Positions 49,301 through 60,623 of a DNA stretch of 64,000 bases are shown here, piece after piece (the first letter of the stretch is position 1; each line of letters opens with the position of its first letter). The position numbers and the translations under genes were made by a program. The stretch is from Klebsormidium nitens. Taxonomy: Eukaryota; Plantae; Klebsormidiophyceae. The notes beneath the pieces are model-generated. The model saw only the letters and a list, made by a program, of their open reading frames with translations, was not told where the DNA came from and made no database searches. The stretch lies in NCBI GenBank assembly GCA_000708835.1, contig DF236992.1, positions 142,513 through 206,512 of the forward strand, read 5' to 3'.

Positions 49301-49838
49301 CTTTGCGGCCAAGCATCGGTGGAAGCTCCTTGCCGGTTTCGCGACCATTGTCAAGCCCGCCGACCGGCCCCTTCTTCAGCGGAAGATCGACGCCGAGAAG
49401 CGAAGGCGGGGGATGAGCGATGGAGCCCAAACGCCCGGGCCGTCCCAAAATGGGCCGAGGAGTCATAGTACGCAGCAGCGGTCGACAGGTGGCGGCGCGT
49501 CGTTTGGGCGATCGCAAGGTAACGAGTCACCGGCGGAAGGTGCATTCCAGCGCCCAACCGACGGATACTCGGCGCCCGGGCAGAGGGTGACGTCTTCGGC
49601 AGGTGGGAAAGCGCTCGCAAAGAGCGAGCCACGGAATAGTGTAGATAATGCAGCGGAGGTACAAATAGGGCGAAAGTGCGCCAGCTGTCAGAAGCGGCCC
49701 CCCGAGAAAGCTTTCAAAGCGGCGTGCGGCCACATTTGCTGCTACGCGTGTTGGCTGCGGATCGTGGAGAGAACCAAGATGTGTCCGACTTGTGGGGGCC
49801 GTGTGCACAAGGCGGCACTCGAAAAGCTGTACTTCTGA
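37355..49838 (+). CDS. RTEL1: Regulator of telomere elongation helicase 1 (Fe-S DEAH helicase with harmonin-N/PAH-like domain and C-terminal RING; 15 exons, about 1301 aa)
   Basis: Exons 37355-37456, 37822-37944, 38228-38430, 38901-39006, 39663-39932, 41111-41276, 42343-42494, 43197-43574, 44333-44477, 44965-45146, 45958-46122, 46543-46727, 47049-47369, 48024-48783, 49191-49838. Motifs [101 protein letters not shown]3HC4 RING. Confidence 0.95.
40520..41160 (+). repeat. Five tandem copies (135-161 bp spacing) of the RTEL1 intron 5/exon 6 acceptor junction
   Basis: gagggcatctgcgcggacgcggcgtcgttcgacctcccc-like units start at 40533, 40679, 40814, 40950 and 41111 (functional copy). Confidence 0.9.
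45095..45490 (+). repeat. Tandem decaying copies of the RTEL1 exon 10 donor junction
   Basis: ccacaagcagcccgtcgt...gccgcg...gcgct...aaccaggt occurs at about 45097 (functional), 45211 and 45324, with weaker copies near 45445-45490. Confidence 0.85.
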
Positions 49839-51108
49839 GTTGGCAACATTGCACGTGCATTAACAGATCAATTAGGAGTTGAACACGATCGCTTGAGTTG
49901 TTCAGACGTTCCCCTCCAATAGAGAAGCATCGGAAGTCACTGCCGCTAGCTCTGCTTCAACAATCTTGAACCGTAGACACGCAGTATGGGTTGTCTGAAT
50001 TGACCGGACTCTTCTTCAAGCGATTCAGTGTCGCTTGTCATTGAATGGCCGCCCAAACATGGCGTCTTTTGTATGAGAAGGCAACTAAAGTGCCGCACCT
50101 TGTTCCAATGGGAGAAACACGACGTTGACGAGGAATGCTTATTGTCTTCTAAAGCGCTCGGTAGTGTCACATCGAGATATGCATGCGTTGCATGAATGCA
50201 TGTAGGTATCAATATGCAAAAGTGATCAACTCTGCTAGAGCTGTTTCTGAGAGTGACAATCTAGACGACTAGTATATTTTACTACGAAATGGTCACACGC
50301 CGGGACCTGCCTTCTTATATCTGTTGTGGTTAAACCAGCTATACTAAGCACAGTTGTAAATTTAGTTCGATCCGCCTGGCATGCATTGAAATTGAGTGTC
50401 AAATTGGTACGTACAAGGTCGATAGAGAATCTATGTACGTTCATGAGGTCTAAGTACAACCGGCCACTATATTCTCCGATCTGCATGCACATCATTGCTG
50501 ATATTGAACGGAACCAGATTGAACTTCCGGCCTTTGTTCATCTTAGAAGCTGAGATCTTCTTCAAGCCAGGCCACATGCGAACGGATACTCATATGTAAT
50601 ATGCACGAGTCAATCTTTGTGTTGCATGGGTTGGATGCGCGGCGGTTCAATCTCAAGCGCGGGACCTTGACTTCACCTACTCAGAAACTTAAGAAAATGA
50701 AAATACCATGTACCAAAAAGGAGGTCTACATACAAAATCTAAGATATCGACATTGAGATCATGTCATACTACTGTACCCAATTCATGCTTGGAACCCGGT
50801 AGTACACAGTTGGCCAACAAATGTAGAATTGGCCCTTAATTTGCTCATGCAGTGTCTTCGCAGACTCATGCTGCAGATGTACTTTTTTTCTCTCAAAGCC
50901 CGGCCGCGTCGGATCTTGCACTAAGTCAACCTCGCGACTCTGTCCAAAGTTGACTTCGCTAATCATAGATTCCCGTACTACGAAGAAAACTTATTTCAAC
51001 GAGCTTCGCAGCTCCCGATTGGCCACACAGAAAGTCCTTGCCCAACATCTGATGCTTCAAGAGCATTTGGACGGCGTCCCGACCATAGCTTATGGCCCCA
51101 CGTGTGCT

Positions 51109-54100
51109 CTACCCGCAACGTGGCGTCGCCGTTGGGTTACTGGGGCAGCCGCCCGCGCAACAGACGTAGCGAGCACCGTTCGAAGAGAAGCACTGCGAAA
51201 CAAAAAGAAGGGAAAGAGGGGCGACGTCAAATTATGAGCTTGACCTGTTGTGCCGTGATGAAAGCTTCTTCACGCCTTTGGACAAACTCCAAGAACGTTC
51301 TCAACAAGACGCCCCGTTGAAGACGCCGGCGAGTATTTGACCAACGGGAGGGGCCCTCAAACAGCGAACTAGAGAAGAGAACTTCTAAACCCTTGACCAA
51401 CTTCCAACAGCTGTAACAGGAAGCTTAAGGCGGCTCTCAGTGGCGGCCTAGCATGAAGACTGTCGTCTTTACGCCCAAGGTAGCGTGGCGCTTGTGGAAG
51501 ACAAACAAGGCCGTGCGACCGCTTCCTTTCTGTCCTCTCTCGTAGGGTCTGAAGCCCAGGATTCCTGAAATACGGAGATCCTGCTTCGCGCGCGCACCTG
51601 ATTGGGAAGGGCGGAGGACGCGTCGCAGACACCGCCCACAGGGAAGCCAACGGCGGTGGGTGCCGGGGTGCCGGTGGGAGGAACCGGGGTGGCGGTTGGG
51701 GGGGTCGGGGCACCGGTAGTACTGCCCGGGGTAGGGGTCGGTGCTCCCTCGGTGGGCATCGGAGTATTACCAGTGACCTGATAAGCGGAGACATTAACGT
51801 AAGCGCTCAGTTTGGTCAAACGGGCTGATTTCAATTGTGTGCAAGACGTTCTGGCTCCGGAGAAGAAAAATCGAGTGCGAGTGCCTCTTTGTTGAAGCGA
51901 CCCCGTTGAAGAGAACCCGACGAAGGAAGAAGTTGTTTCGAGTGACTTTTCCAACCAGTCCAAAGTTCAGTCCATTTTCTACTGTCGCAGGTGGAAAGCT
52001 GCGCTGGACGTGGCACTTTCGCCTGCGCTCGTGCTTTTCGATCGACAGATCAGAAATAGTGATAGGCCGTCCAGATTTTAACAACCTCGAATGAATGAAG
52101 AGGGTATGCCTAAAGTACTGACCGCTCTCTTCGGCTCACTTCTCAGTGCATTGTCGAAAATACCAAAGCATCAAGACTGAAGCCAACGAGTTGAGGGAGC
52201 AAGCGCAGCCAAAGTGGATGGAGCAACCGCAACCTAACGAAGCCACAAGAACTGCCCAAAGTAAGCAAACCAAGCCAAAGCTAAGTCTGGAAAGCCGTAA
52301 TGAAGCTACGTACTAGCAACAGGCAATCAGACCGAGCGGACGCACGTGCCGAAGCAATCAGCGCCGCCGCACGGCGCTGCTTATTAGGCGGGAGCACGTT
52401 TTCTTTGCCCAACTGGACCACTGCAATTATGGACACCGGTTATGGCTGGTTGGCAGGAACCTACCTGGGTGATCAGCGCGGCCGCGCGCGCGCCGCTCGC
52501 GGTGGGGGAGAGCACGTTGAGGGAGAACTCGGTCTCAACCGCTCTCTCGGGCGAGCCGGGGAAGTCGAACGGGCCAGTTCCTTGACCCTCAACATTCACC
52601 TGGTGCATAACGGGAACATTTGATCTTAAAGTGGGCGTAGCCTCATGCATGACCACTCCAAAGCAATTCTCGGTGATCGGGGCTCAAAATGGCCAAAATG
52701 CCAATCTGGTCCGTCAAAAAGTGGCAGCTCCGAAGTTTTGTAACCGGACTCCCACTTCGAGCGTCCTGAAGGTCCAGTCCCGTAGCAGAACAAACTCAAT
52801 TTGAGTTGATAGCACTTTGCAGGAAATGAGCGCGAAGGAAAAGCATTTCAGTCTGATCGCAAAGGGAGTAGCTATCCACACTGTTTGAAGCTGCTTCTGG
52901 ACTTCTGCCAGGTTTTGAACCTTTTCGCCTTATTGGGATTTTTTTGCCTTTCAAAATTCAAAGGCAAAAGTCCTTCCTCTTACCTGGCGGAAGAAAGCAA
53001 CAGCCGGGTTGCCAAGCGGGTATTTCAGGGTGGGTGTGCTGCGCAGGGGCCCGCTGATGGTCGCCGTCATGTCATCACGAAGGATCCTGGCCGTCGGATC
53101 GCCGAGCGCTGCTGGAGAGAAGGGGTCTCCTGCAGAGAGAGGACGAAGTGGGGTTTGCGGCTGGGGATCCCGTTAAAACGGGGTTTGGGATCCAGCGTTG
53201 GTTACGTGGTCACTGTAATGAAGACAAAGGTGCGTCAGCACAGGCACTCGGCAGCAAGACGGACGTCAGCAGATTCACAATAGCACGTCACTGGTGTGAA
53301 GCAGTGCACGAAATGGCTGGGGGAGAGACCACTTAGGGAGCTCGAAACCTAGGTCCGTAAAATTGTAATCGCTTCGGACAGTGATGTGACTTTGAATGCG
53401 CTTATGGGTGAATTACAGCCTGTTCCTTGCCACCCAAGAAGGGACCACTGCTTGCTTAAGGCTGCCACGTGTCCCTTTGGCAGCCTTCCACGTCAGCGGA
53501 AGAGGTCGTCACGCTTACCTGGCTTGCTGCCATCGGTCACAGAGAAGGAGTAGTCCCACACGAAGGTGGCCGTTGCGAGGATGCTCTTGAGGTCCTCCTG
53601 CGCACACAACGTGAGGCGTAACGCACGTTATCGACTAAGCAGTCGGCAAACTGTTTGCAAGTTAACCAAGTCTGACTGAAGTAGTGGTTCATGATAAAAC
53701 CTAAATGGCTCCCTTCTGAAAGGACCTTTGGTGAGCAACAAGCGATAGTCTGCCTCAACTGTGTAGAGGAGCGGGGTCTCCGCCCCTGAGAGGGGCCGGG
53801 AAGGGAGAGCGATCATGCTTCTGCCTTCTTACACGACGGCACTTTTACAGGAAGGAGAGGCAGCTATTCGCAAGGAGCAAGGAGCTGCCAGAGTTTCGGG
53901 AATAAAATCGGCGGAAAAGAGGAGGAGGGTTTGAAGAACGAGTTAGATGCTGTCGCTTCGGTCAGGCCAGAAGCATTTGTTCGACGCAACAGGCGTGAGA
54001 GCGCTCTCACCTTTGAAAGACCGGCGTCAGTGAAGCCCTCCTCGTTGGGGCGCGTTCCGAGGAAGAAGTTGTCAACGTCCGTGAAGGTGTCTTCGTCGAA

Positions 54101-55690
54101 CCGGGCTGACGTGCTCGGGTTGAACAGCGCATCCACGATGAAGGCGAAGACTCCAGAGCCTTCCACGTGCCACGAGATGGTTCGACCCCCGGGGATGCTC
54201 GTTTGAGTGACGGTGCCTGCAAGGGAGACGCAATGGGTTCGAGCCGCTAACCCAAGATTTGCAGCTTGATTACTCCCTTTCGCTCATCCGGTGTACAGCT
54301 TTTTGCATGCAGAATTGACAGGACCTTTCCTCAAATTTCAGTCTGTCTCAACGTTTAAACAGGGGTACCCTGACCAGCTCTCGGGACCCAGCTCGTTTCA
54401 CAGGACCACCCGTGCCGAAACCGTTTTGGGAAATTGATGGTGGCTCTGAGGTGCTCATGCAAGCTTTGAAGCCGACTTTGTAAGATCGTCTGCCTTCACG
54501 TTTTTGGCGGCAATCCTGTAAGTGCAATGAAAGAGCTTGCCCAAAAATTGCTTGCAGGAGATAGGCACGTGGCGCCTAGTCATGACAAAAGGCGGCTCGA
54601 TATTGCTCGATAGTGTTAGCCTGTTTCTTTTGAGCCCCTGTTTGATCAACCAGTCCTCTCAGGAAGGACACATTTTTGGAGCTCACCGTTAACTCTAGGA
54701 TTGTAGACATCGGTGGTGGTGTTCAGCGGCTCGCCCCCGCAGGTGTTGATGGCCACGTACAAAGTCGTGGTGTCAAACCCAGCAAGGTAGCTAGCTTGTC
54801 TGGCCTCGATTCCTGTAGGATTGGAAAGCCCAAGGTTTGTGTAATGGAAAACACAGGAAGCAGTCTGAGGTCCGGTGAATGAGATGTCATGCTTAAAAGC
54901 CTTTCTGTAGATTGCTTCAAACAGGAGCTGTGGAGGGCCCAGCTGATATTTTGCAAGGCCAGCTCAAAAGAGGGTGTTCAAATGTTATTGCATCATTGAG
55001 CTCCATTTTGAGCCAACTGGACCCCTTCCGAGCTTGTTCTCAACCGTTAACAAGCATTTAGTACCAGCTCAATTGTGGTAGAGTGTCCAGAATAGTCCGT
55101 ATCTTTAGCCCTCAAAAGAAGCAAGAGAGGAGACAAGGCCAGAAGTTGCCAGTTTATGTGCTTCTGTGACTGCTGCCTTGGCAAAGTGACCTTCTGGACT
55201 CTCTGCGGTTGACATCTCCCAAGCCGCGCAATCATTCAGCAAGCTATAGGTGAAAGGTAGCAGCTGTCTTCCAAACAAACTCTACCAAGGCATGCAAGCT
55301 TGTCTGCACAGTTGACGTTGTCCCTGTCTTCCATTCTGCCATACCGGGCCTGCTGGCCTGCTCACGACGTGGCCAGCATGACGACCGACAAAAGAGCAGC
55401 AACAAGGAAGCCTAAAGGAAGGACACGTGTCCTGCTGACCAGCCCGAGCGCTCACCCTGCTCCACACAGAATTCAATGAGGTAGTCACTCACAACAGGCG
55501 CCGGCGTCGGCACCTGCATCAGCTTACGGTGGGTGCTTTGGGAGGGCTGAGCTGACCCAAGCGCATTTCGCGAGCCCCAAACCCGCGAGTCGGAGGTGAT
55601 TGTGTGAAGCCCTGCAGCCGTCATGACGTCAGCAAGGAGGAGGAAGGCGGCTAGAGCGACCGACATCGTTGACACCAATGTGGCGGCCAT
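51109..55690 (-). CDS. Unknown secreted protein: signal peptide, RKLMQ propeptide site, about 250-aa unknown domain, Pro/Thr linker, C-terminal 6-Cys module (9 exons, 405 aa)
   Basis: Exons 55690-55493, 55349-55286, 54812-54687, 54216-54011, 53597-53519, 53129-52984, 52599-52465, 51777-51598, 51192-51109. All GT-AG and phase-compatible, 1218 nt. Exon 2 is the least certain. Confidence 0.75.
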
Positions 55691-57690
55691 ACTTGGAGAA
55701 TGGACTTGCCAAGAAGCTGGATGAGGAATGGTGAATGCGTTTGACGACGGAGAGCCTTGGTATGAGGCGCCACGGCGGTCCGCACTTGCTGGAGGCTTGC
55801 TGGAAGGAGGCTGGAAGTGCTGCAAGCTGTTGGCCCTAGCACTCATATGAGTCGTTTCAAGTACCTGAAAATCATTACGGCAGGCAAGCCCAGGCAAGGA
55901 GCTTGCAATGTGCATGGGAAGGGGCTTGCGTGCCCTTGCGTGGCTCTTTGAAGTTCGAAGAGTGAGCTAGCTAGCTGTAGCTGGGCTTGATGAACCAGCA
56001 AGATATGGCATGCTTATGTTTAGGAACTAATAGGAAGTTGCCAATGCCAAAAAAGCAGGTGCATAATGCATTTTCGTTGTCGAGTCAGGATATGACTCAG
56101 GAGTCGGGAGCCAAAAATGCGGAATATCGTACCTACTGTAGCGGCCCAGTCTAGATTCCGGTGTGATACGTATTACCCATGCACGAGTCACGAGTCACGA
56201 CTGTACGACAGCCTTCGACAAAGGCGTTGGTTCGAACCTGCCGCCGGCTGAACCCTTCAAACCCGGTTGATCCGGTCGGCTTGTTTTTCAATGGGTCTTG
56301 AATGTTGACTCTTTACAGCCATTTGGCCAGCGCAAAGTCCCTCGGGCCTCGGTAGGCTCGGCTGGTTCGCAGTATCGTCAGTTGACCGTTTTGTCGGACG
56401 CGTCTGGATATTTGCACTCGGCTGCGTAACTCGCTCGTGTCGAACACCGGCTGACGAGGCTGGTGGTGCGGTGTACCTGCTCTGATCCTCAGAGGTGGTG
56501 CTCGCTGCATAATCCTGTCTGGCATAAACTTCTTGTCCCCTAGAATGTTCAGATAAATATGTGCATCGGACGGTTCAGAACCAGAGGAAGTGACATCGAC
56601 GGTCACTTCCGCTGAATCCCCGGGCACTTTCAGCGGTTGCCCAAGACTGACAAAGTGCTCAGTAAAACCAAAGTCCCGGAAGTCAAGGCCTAAACCGGAA
56701 CACCTACAGCCAGTAATTTGAAGCAGAAGACTGCCGCAATGGCTGCCTTGTGCTCAGGGCTTGAGGAGGCAGGGACGGGCTGTGGGGGGAGAGTAGAAGG
56801 TCTTTCTCCACAAACTTTGCATTTCAGCAAGCTAGGATTGCTTTTTGTAGAGCAGTCTTGCCGTTGAGATTGCAAAATTTGATGTATAGTTGCCCCGGCG
56901 ACTTTCAACAAAACCTCCATTGCGCCTCCGAGGCTCCTTTTAGGGTTGAAAGGCACATTTTGGATTTGGGGGGAGAATGTGCATCAAATTTACCTTTGAA
57001 AGCAGCTGGTATTCAATTTATAGGTTGCACATAGCTTCAGGTTGCCGTTGGGTTTGAGAAATTTTGGTCATGGGTGCTGCTCCCAGCTCATTTCAGCCAT
57101 GTCGGCAGCCATGGCGGCCAGTCTGAGGTGCTGGGCAAAATAACAATTTTGGACTTCACCACTTTCGGGCGCTGTCCCTCCTTTCTGCGACCTTTAGGCG
57201 GGGGATGGACTCAGCCTTCTGTTCAGCAAAGGCAATCGGCGTACCGTCCGATCTTAGAAAATAGAACGATTTCAACCGTTGGATGCCCGGACTGCGCCCG
57301 GTACGCCAAAAATTACTTAACCAGGCCAGCGGACGGAGATTCATGCCAGACAGGATAATGCAAAGCGGACAACTGACTCCTGAGTAAGTAGTTCGGGAAT
57401 CTTCTTGGGAATCTTTGTAAAGCCTTCTGGGAATCTTGCTTCACTGATGTCAACAGACTGACAGACTGACACTCAACACTCTCATGCATGAAGAAGCGCA
57501 TGATTCATGAACAGGTTACCGAAGGCGCGAGGATCCAAGTTGGACTCTCTGACTCTTCCAACTCATGCTCTCATGCAAGGGATCATCCACCTTCGTCAGC
57601 CTTGACCATATATCCATATACCGTCACAACAGTCACTAGGACTAGAGGACTGGCATACTGCCATTGTCCAGCTGAGTGACCTAGCTATTC

Positions 57691-58218
57691 CCCGGGGTGG
57701 CAACTCCTGTTTTAAAACAAGGTATGTTTTAACGTTCCTATTGTCCAAAACGGCAACGTGCAAATCTGCATTTGTGTTTTATCTGCAATAGCTCGATTGG
57801 GTTCGTCACGAGGAGCCTAAAACACCCCTTGTTTTGGAAAATGGACCCCCCCCTTCATTTTTAAAACGCTTTCCGAACGCTTTAAAACGGTTAAAACAAG
57901 GGCAGGTTATCGTCGTGCAAGAATAGGCTTTCATTTTCATGTTTTAAAAACAGAATATCATTCAAAACGTTTGAAGACTCCCCTATCCTGCCAAAAACCA
58001 CATGTTTTCTTCCAAATCTATCAAAATGTCAAAATGATACAAGTTTGAGCACCATATTCGCGAGCAAGTGTGTTTCCACCATAAAAACATGAAAAGAAAC
58101 AAGGCATAGCGGAGTTGATGATGACGTTTTAAAACATTTTAAAAATAGCCCAAGGAAGAGAATCCGGTTGTTTTACTTTGACCATGACATGTTTTAAAAC
58201 GGGAGTTGCCACCCCGTG
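57691..58218. mobile_element. Non-autonomous hAT-type DNA transposon (MITE), 528 bp
   Basis: 29-bp terminal inverted repeats (cccggggtggcaactcctgttttaaaaca / tgttttaaaacgggagttgccaccccgtg, 2 mismatches) flanked by a perfect 8-bp target-site duplication AGCTATTC (57683-57690 and 58219-58226). AT-rich non-coding interior. Confidence 0.9.
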
Positions 58219-59060
58219 AGCTATTCCAGCAAAAGGTAAAGCAACCTCAGTTGTTGTGTCGGGCACAATCCGAAGCTCGCAGCTTGACAAATCAACATTG
58301 GCAGAGGCACAAGCATTAAAGTCACATGGCACCAATTTCTTTGCGTGATACCTATGCAAGAATAAGTTCCCCAAACAGGCATACATTGCATGAACACATG
58401 TATGTGCACCCAGTAGTATGTGCAATATTGCTAGTTGCTCGCGCACTCAGTCGGGATGATACGGGTCTCACCGTCCGGTATGGAAAAGAGACCATCACAA
58501 GTATCACATGGTCGACTTGGTCGCGCCCTGGTCGCGCGTAGCGTCCGATTGACTGGGGCCTTGGTGCGCAACAGTAGAATTGTGTGACTACTATGATACC
58601 AATACAAAAGCCGGTTCATTGTAAAAGTAGCGGTGATTTTTGTACTACCGTATTCTACCATCTTCTTTGCGGCGCTATGCAAGCTTAGCACTGATGCTAG
58701 CGGCTGAGGCGGCCCATTTGTCATGTGACGACTAAAATTCGGATCAAGGTCACTTATGTTGGTATATCCAAAAATTATGCGGTGCGGCATCATTCACACT
58801 TGTCACACGCGCTCATGCCATTGCCAGGGTCTCGAATCAACAATGCTCGGCCGGTAGCCCCGTTGAACGTACCGGGAACTTATGCAAAGGGCCCATGCCC
58901 ATGCGGGCCGTGTCGAGTCCGGATAATTTAAACGTAATAACGTAGGGCGAACTTGTATGATTGAATTTTAACTCGGTTTGGAAGTAGAAAACTCGTAAAA
59001 TACTAAGCTTTCAAGCATGTTGCGGCGCAGATCATTCAAAGTCGGCGGCCAGCCGCAATA

Positions 59061-59191
59061 GTCTCAAAAAAGGTGGGTGGGCGGGGAACAACATTTGCAT
59101 TTCTGTTCCACCCTGGAAGTGAGGTGTCTCAAAAAAGGTGGGTGGGCGGGGGACAACATTTGCATTTCTGTTCCACCCTGGAAGTGAGGTG
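59061..59191. repeat. 65-bp direct repeat x2 derived from the tRNA 3' trailer/terminator
   Basis: gtctcaaaaaaggtgggtgggcgggg(a/g)acaacatttgcatttctgttccaccctggaagtgaggt starts at 59061 and 59126. A related third copy lies at about 59242-59275. Confidence 0.9.
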
Positions 59192-59245
59192 TTCTAGCAG
59201 GAGAGTCTGCACATGTGTGTTACTGAGTGTATGGAGCTCACTGTC

Positions 59246-59251
59246 GAAAAA
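59246..59251 (-). terminator. RNA polymerase III oligo-T terminator downstream of tRNA-Ser
   Basis: TTTTT on the minus strand about 30 nt past the tRNA 3' end (plus strand cgaaaaagg). Confidence 0.65.
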
Positions 59252-59278
59252 GGAGGGTGGACGGGGAACAACATTACG

Positions 59279-59360
59279 CGTAATCGGCAGGATTCGAACC
59301 TGCGCAGGCAGAGCCTACTAGATTTCTAGTCTAGCCCCTTAACCGCTCGGGCACGATTAC
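59279..59360 (-). tRNA. trnS-AGA: tRNA-Ser (anticodon AGA), 82 nt, intronless
   Basis: GTAATCG acceptor stem pairs with CGATTAC; D-loop CCGAGCGGTTAAGG; anticodon arm CTAGA-CTAGAAA-TCTAG; long variable arm; T-arm GCAGGTTCGAATCCTGC; discriminator G. Confidence 0.95.
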
Positions 59361-59727
59361 CCGGGGAATGGCTGAATCGAGCTTGTATGGTATATGTACT
59401 TATCAATTTTCTGGACAGTGTCAAACCGCTTTGTTCTCTGCCTCCCAGAAAGTTCATGGAGACCGGGGGGCTGCCGCCCCCCGAGCCCCCCCGCTTCTCG
59501 GATCTCCCTCTGCGAGCCCCTGTCGTGCCATTCCCCGGTCTCGCGAGTGTACGGTCGGCACCGTGAGGGACTTCCACAAATCGACCGGCCGGGCGCCCTC
59601 GCCGGGCGTGACATGTTGACACTGTTTTGCTGACTGTCTAACCCCTAGCTGCACATGCATACCACGATTGTCCGAGCTGGCACTTTCAGTTCTAGACGAA
59701 TCAAAAGGCTCCATTGAGTCGGCTTTT

Positions 59728-59782
59728 GCCACGCGTCAGCCAGTGATAGCTGGGTGGCGGCTGCCACTTGGTGCCACTTGTC
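59728..59782. promoter_or_regulatory. Cluster of ABRE/CE3-like motifs upstream of the LEA-like gene
   Basis: GCCACGCGTC (reverse complement GACGCGTGGC) at 59728, GCCACTTGG at 59763 and GCCACTTGTC at 59773. These short motifs could occur by chance. Confidence 0.3.
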
Positions 59783-60623
59783 TCCATCCAATGTGTCCTT
59801 GAACACTGCCACCGCATTGCTGGCGAAGGCCTGTGCCGATGGCGCCTGTGTGTGTCAACCTGCTTGCGAAGCACGGGTCTGAATTCGACGGGCAGCGTGC
59901 TCCGCGGCACGCTCAAGTCTGATTCACTCTGCAGTTCTGAAAATTGGAATCTGGACAGAGAAAGTTGCGAACTGAGCTTCATTCGTCTCCTACTGAGCTG
60001 AGTCCTAGGTAGCCCTCAACCGTACCTGAGACAATCCTAACAAATCCAGAAAGTGATCTGTGAAGACAGGAAAAGCAAAGCGCTTGCTTCAGCCATTGCT
60101 AATCGATCCTGTGTGGTTGTGGAGTCCAATCTTTGAAAACTTCATCAGAGAACCCGACAGACGCCGTTCCGAAAAAGTAGAACGTAAGATTGTGCAGCAA
60201 CAATGGCGGATCATCGTGGGCAGATCATGAAAGAGTCGGCACTTGATTCGCCGGGACTGCTCGGTCACAGGGGAGAAGCACACGATGAGCAGTCTCATGA
60301 CAGTGACAAGCAGGTATGTTTGTGTATCCGTCTCTTGCTTGCTCCTATGTCTAGTCAAGATTGTTGAAGTCTCATTGTAGCGGTGGTTGTGCCATCTCTG
60401 TAGTATTCTCGAGGTGACCAGCGTTTTGCATCTTAAGGGCTTGCTTTTTTAGGACTTGGTTTACTGAGGTTCAAACATGTCAATTTGCATGCAATGTCGA
60501 ATGCAATGGAAAGATTGAAATGCCTGGTGCTTTGCAGCGGTTGACTGAGGACAACTGTTGGGAGCAGTAGGGAGTTAGGGAACTACAAATTACTGTTGTC
60601 CTCCTCCAATTGCGCTTTTCTGC

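Noticed and set aside
49670-49838. RING finger at the RTEL1 C-terminus as a novel fusion
   Set aside because: C-terminal harmonin-like and RING-type domains are already known in RTEL1 proteins.
56180-56202. Short 7-bp tandem (cacgagt x3) and similar micro-repeats (36000, 30520)
   Set aside because: Ordinary microsatellite-like slippage with no supporting context.
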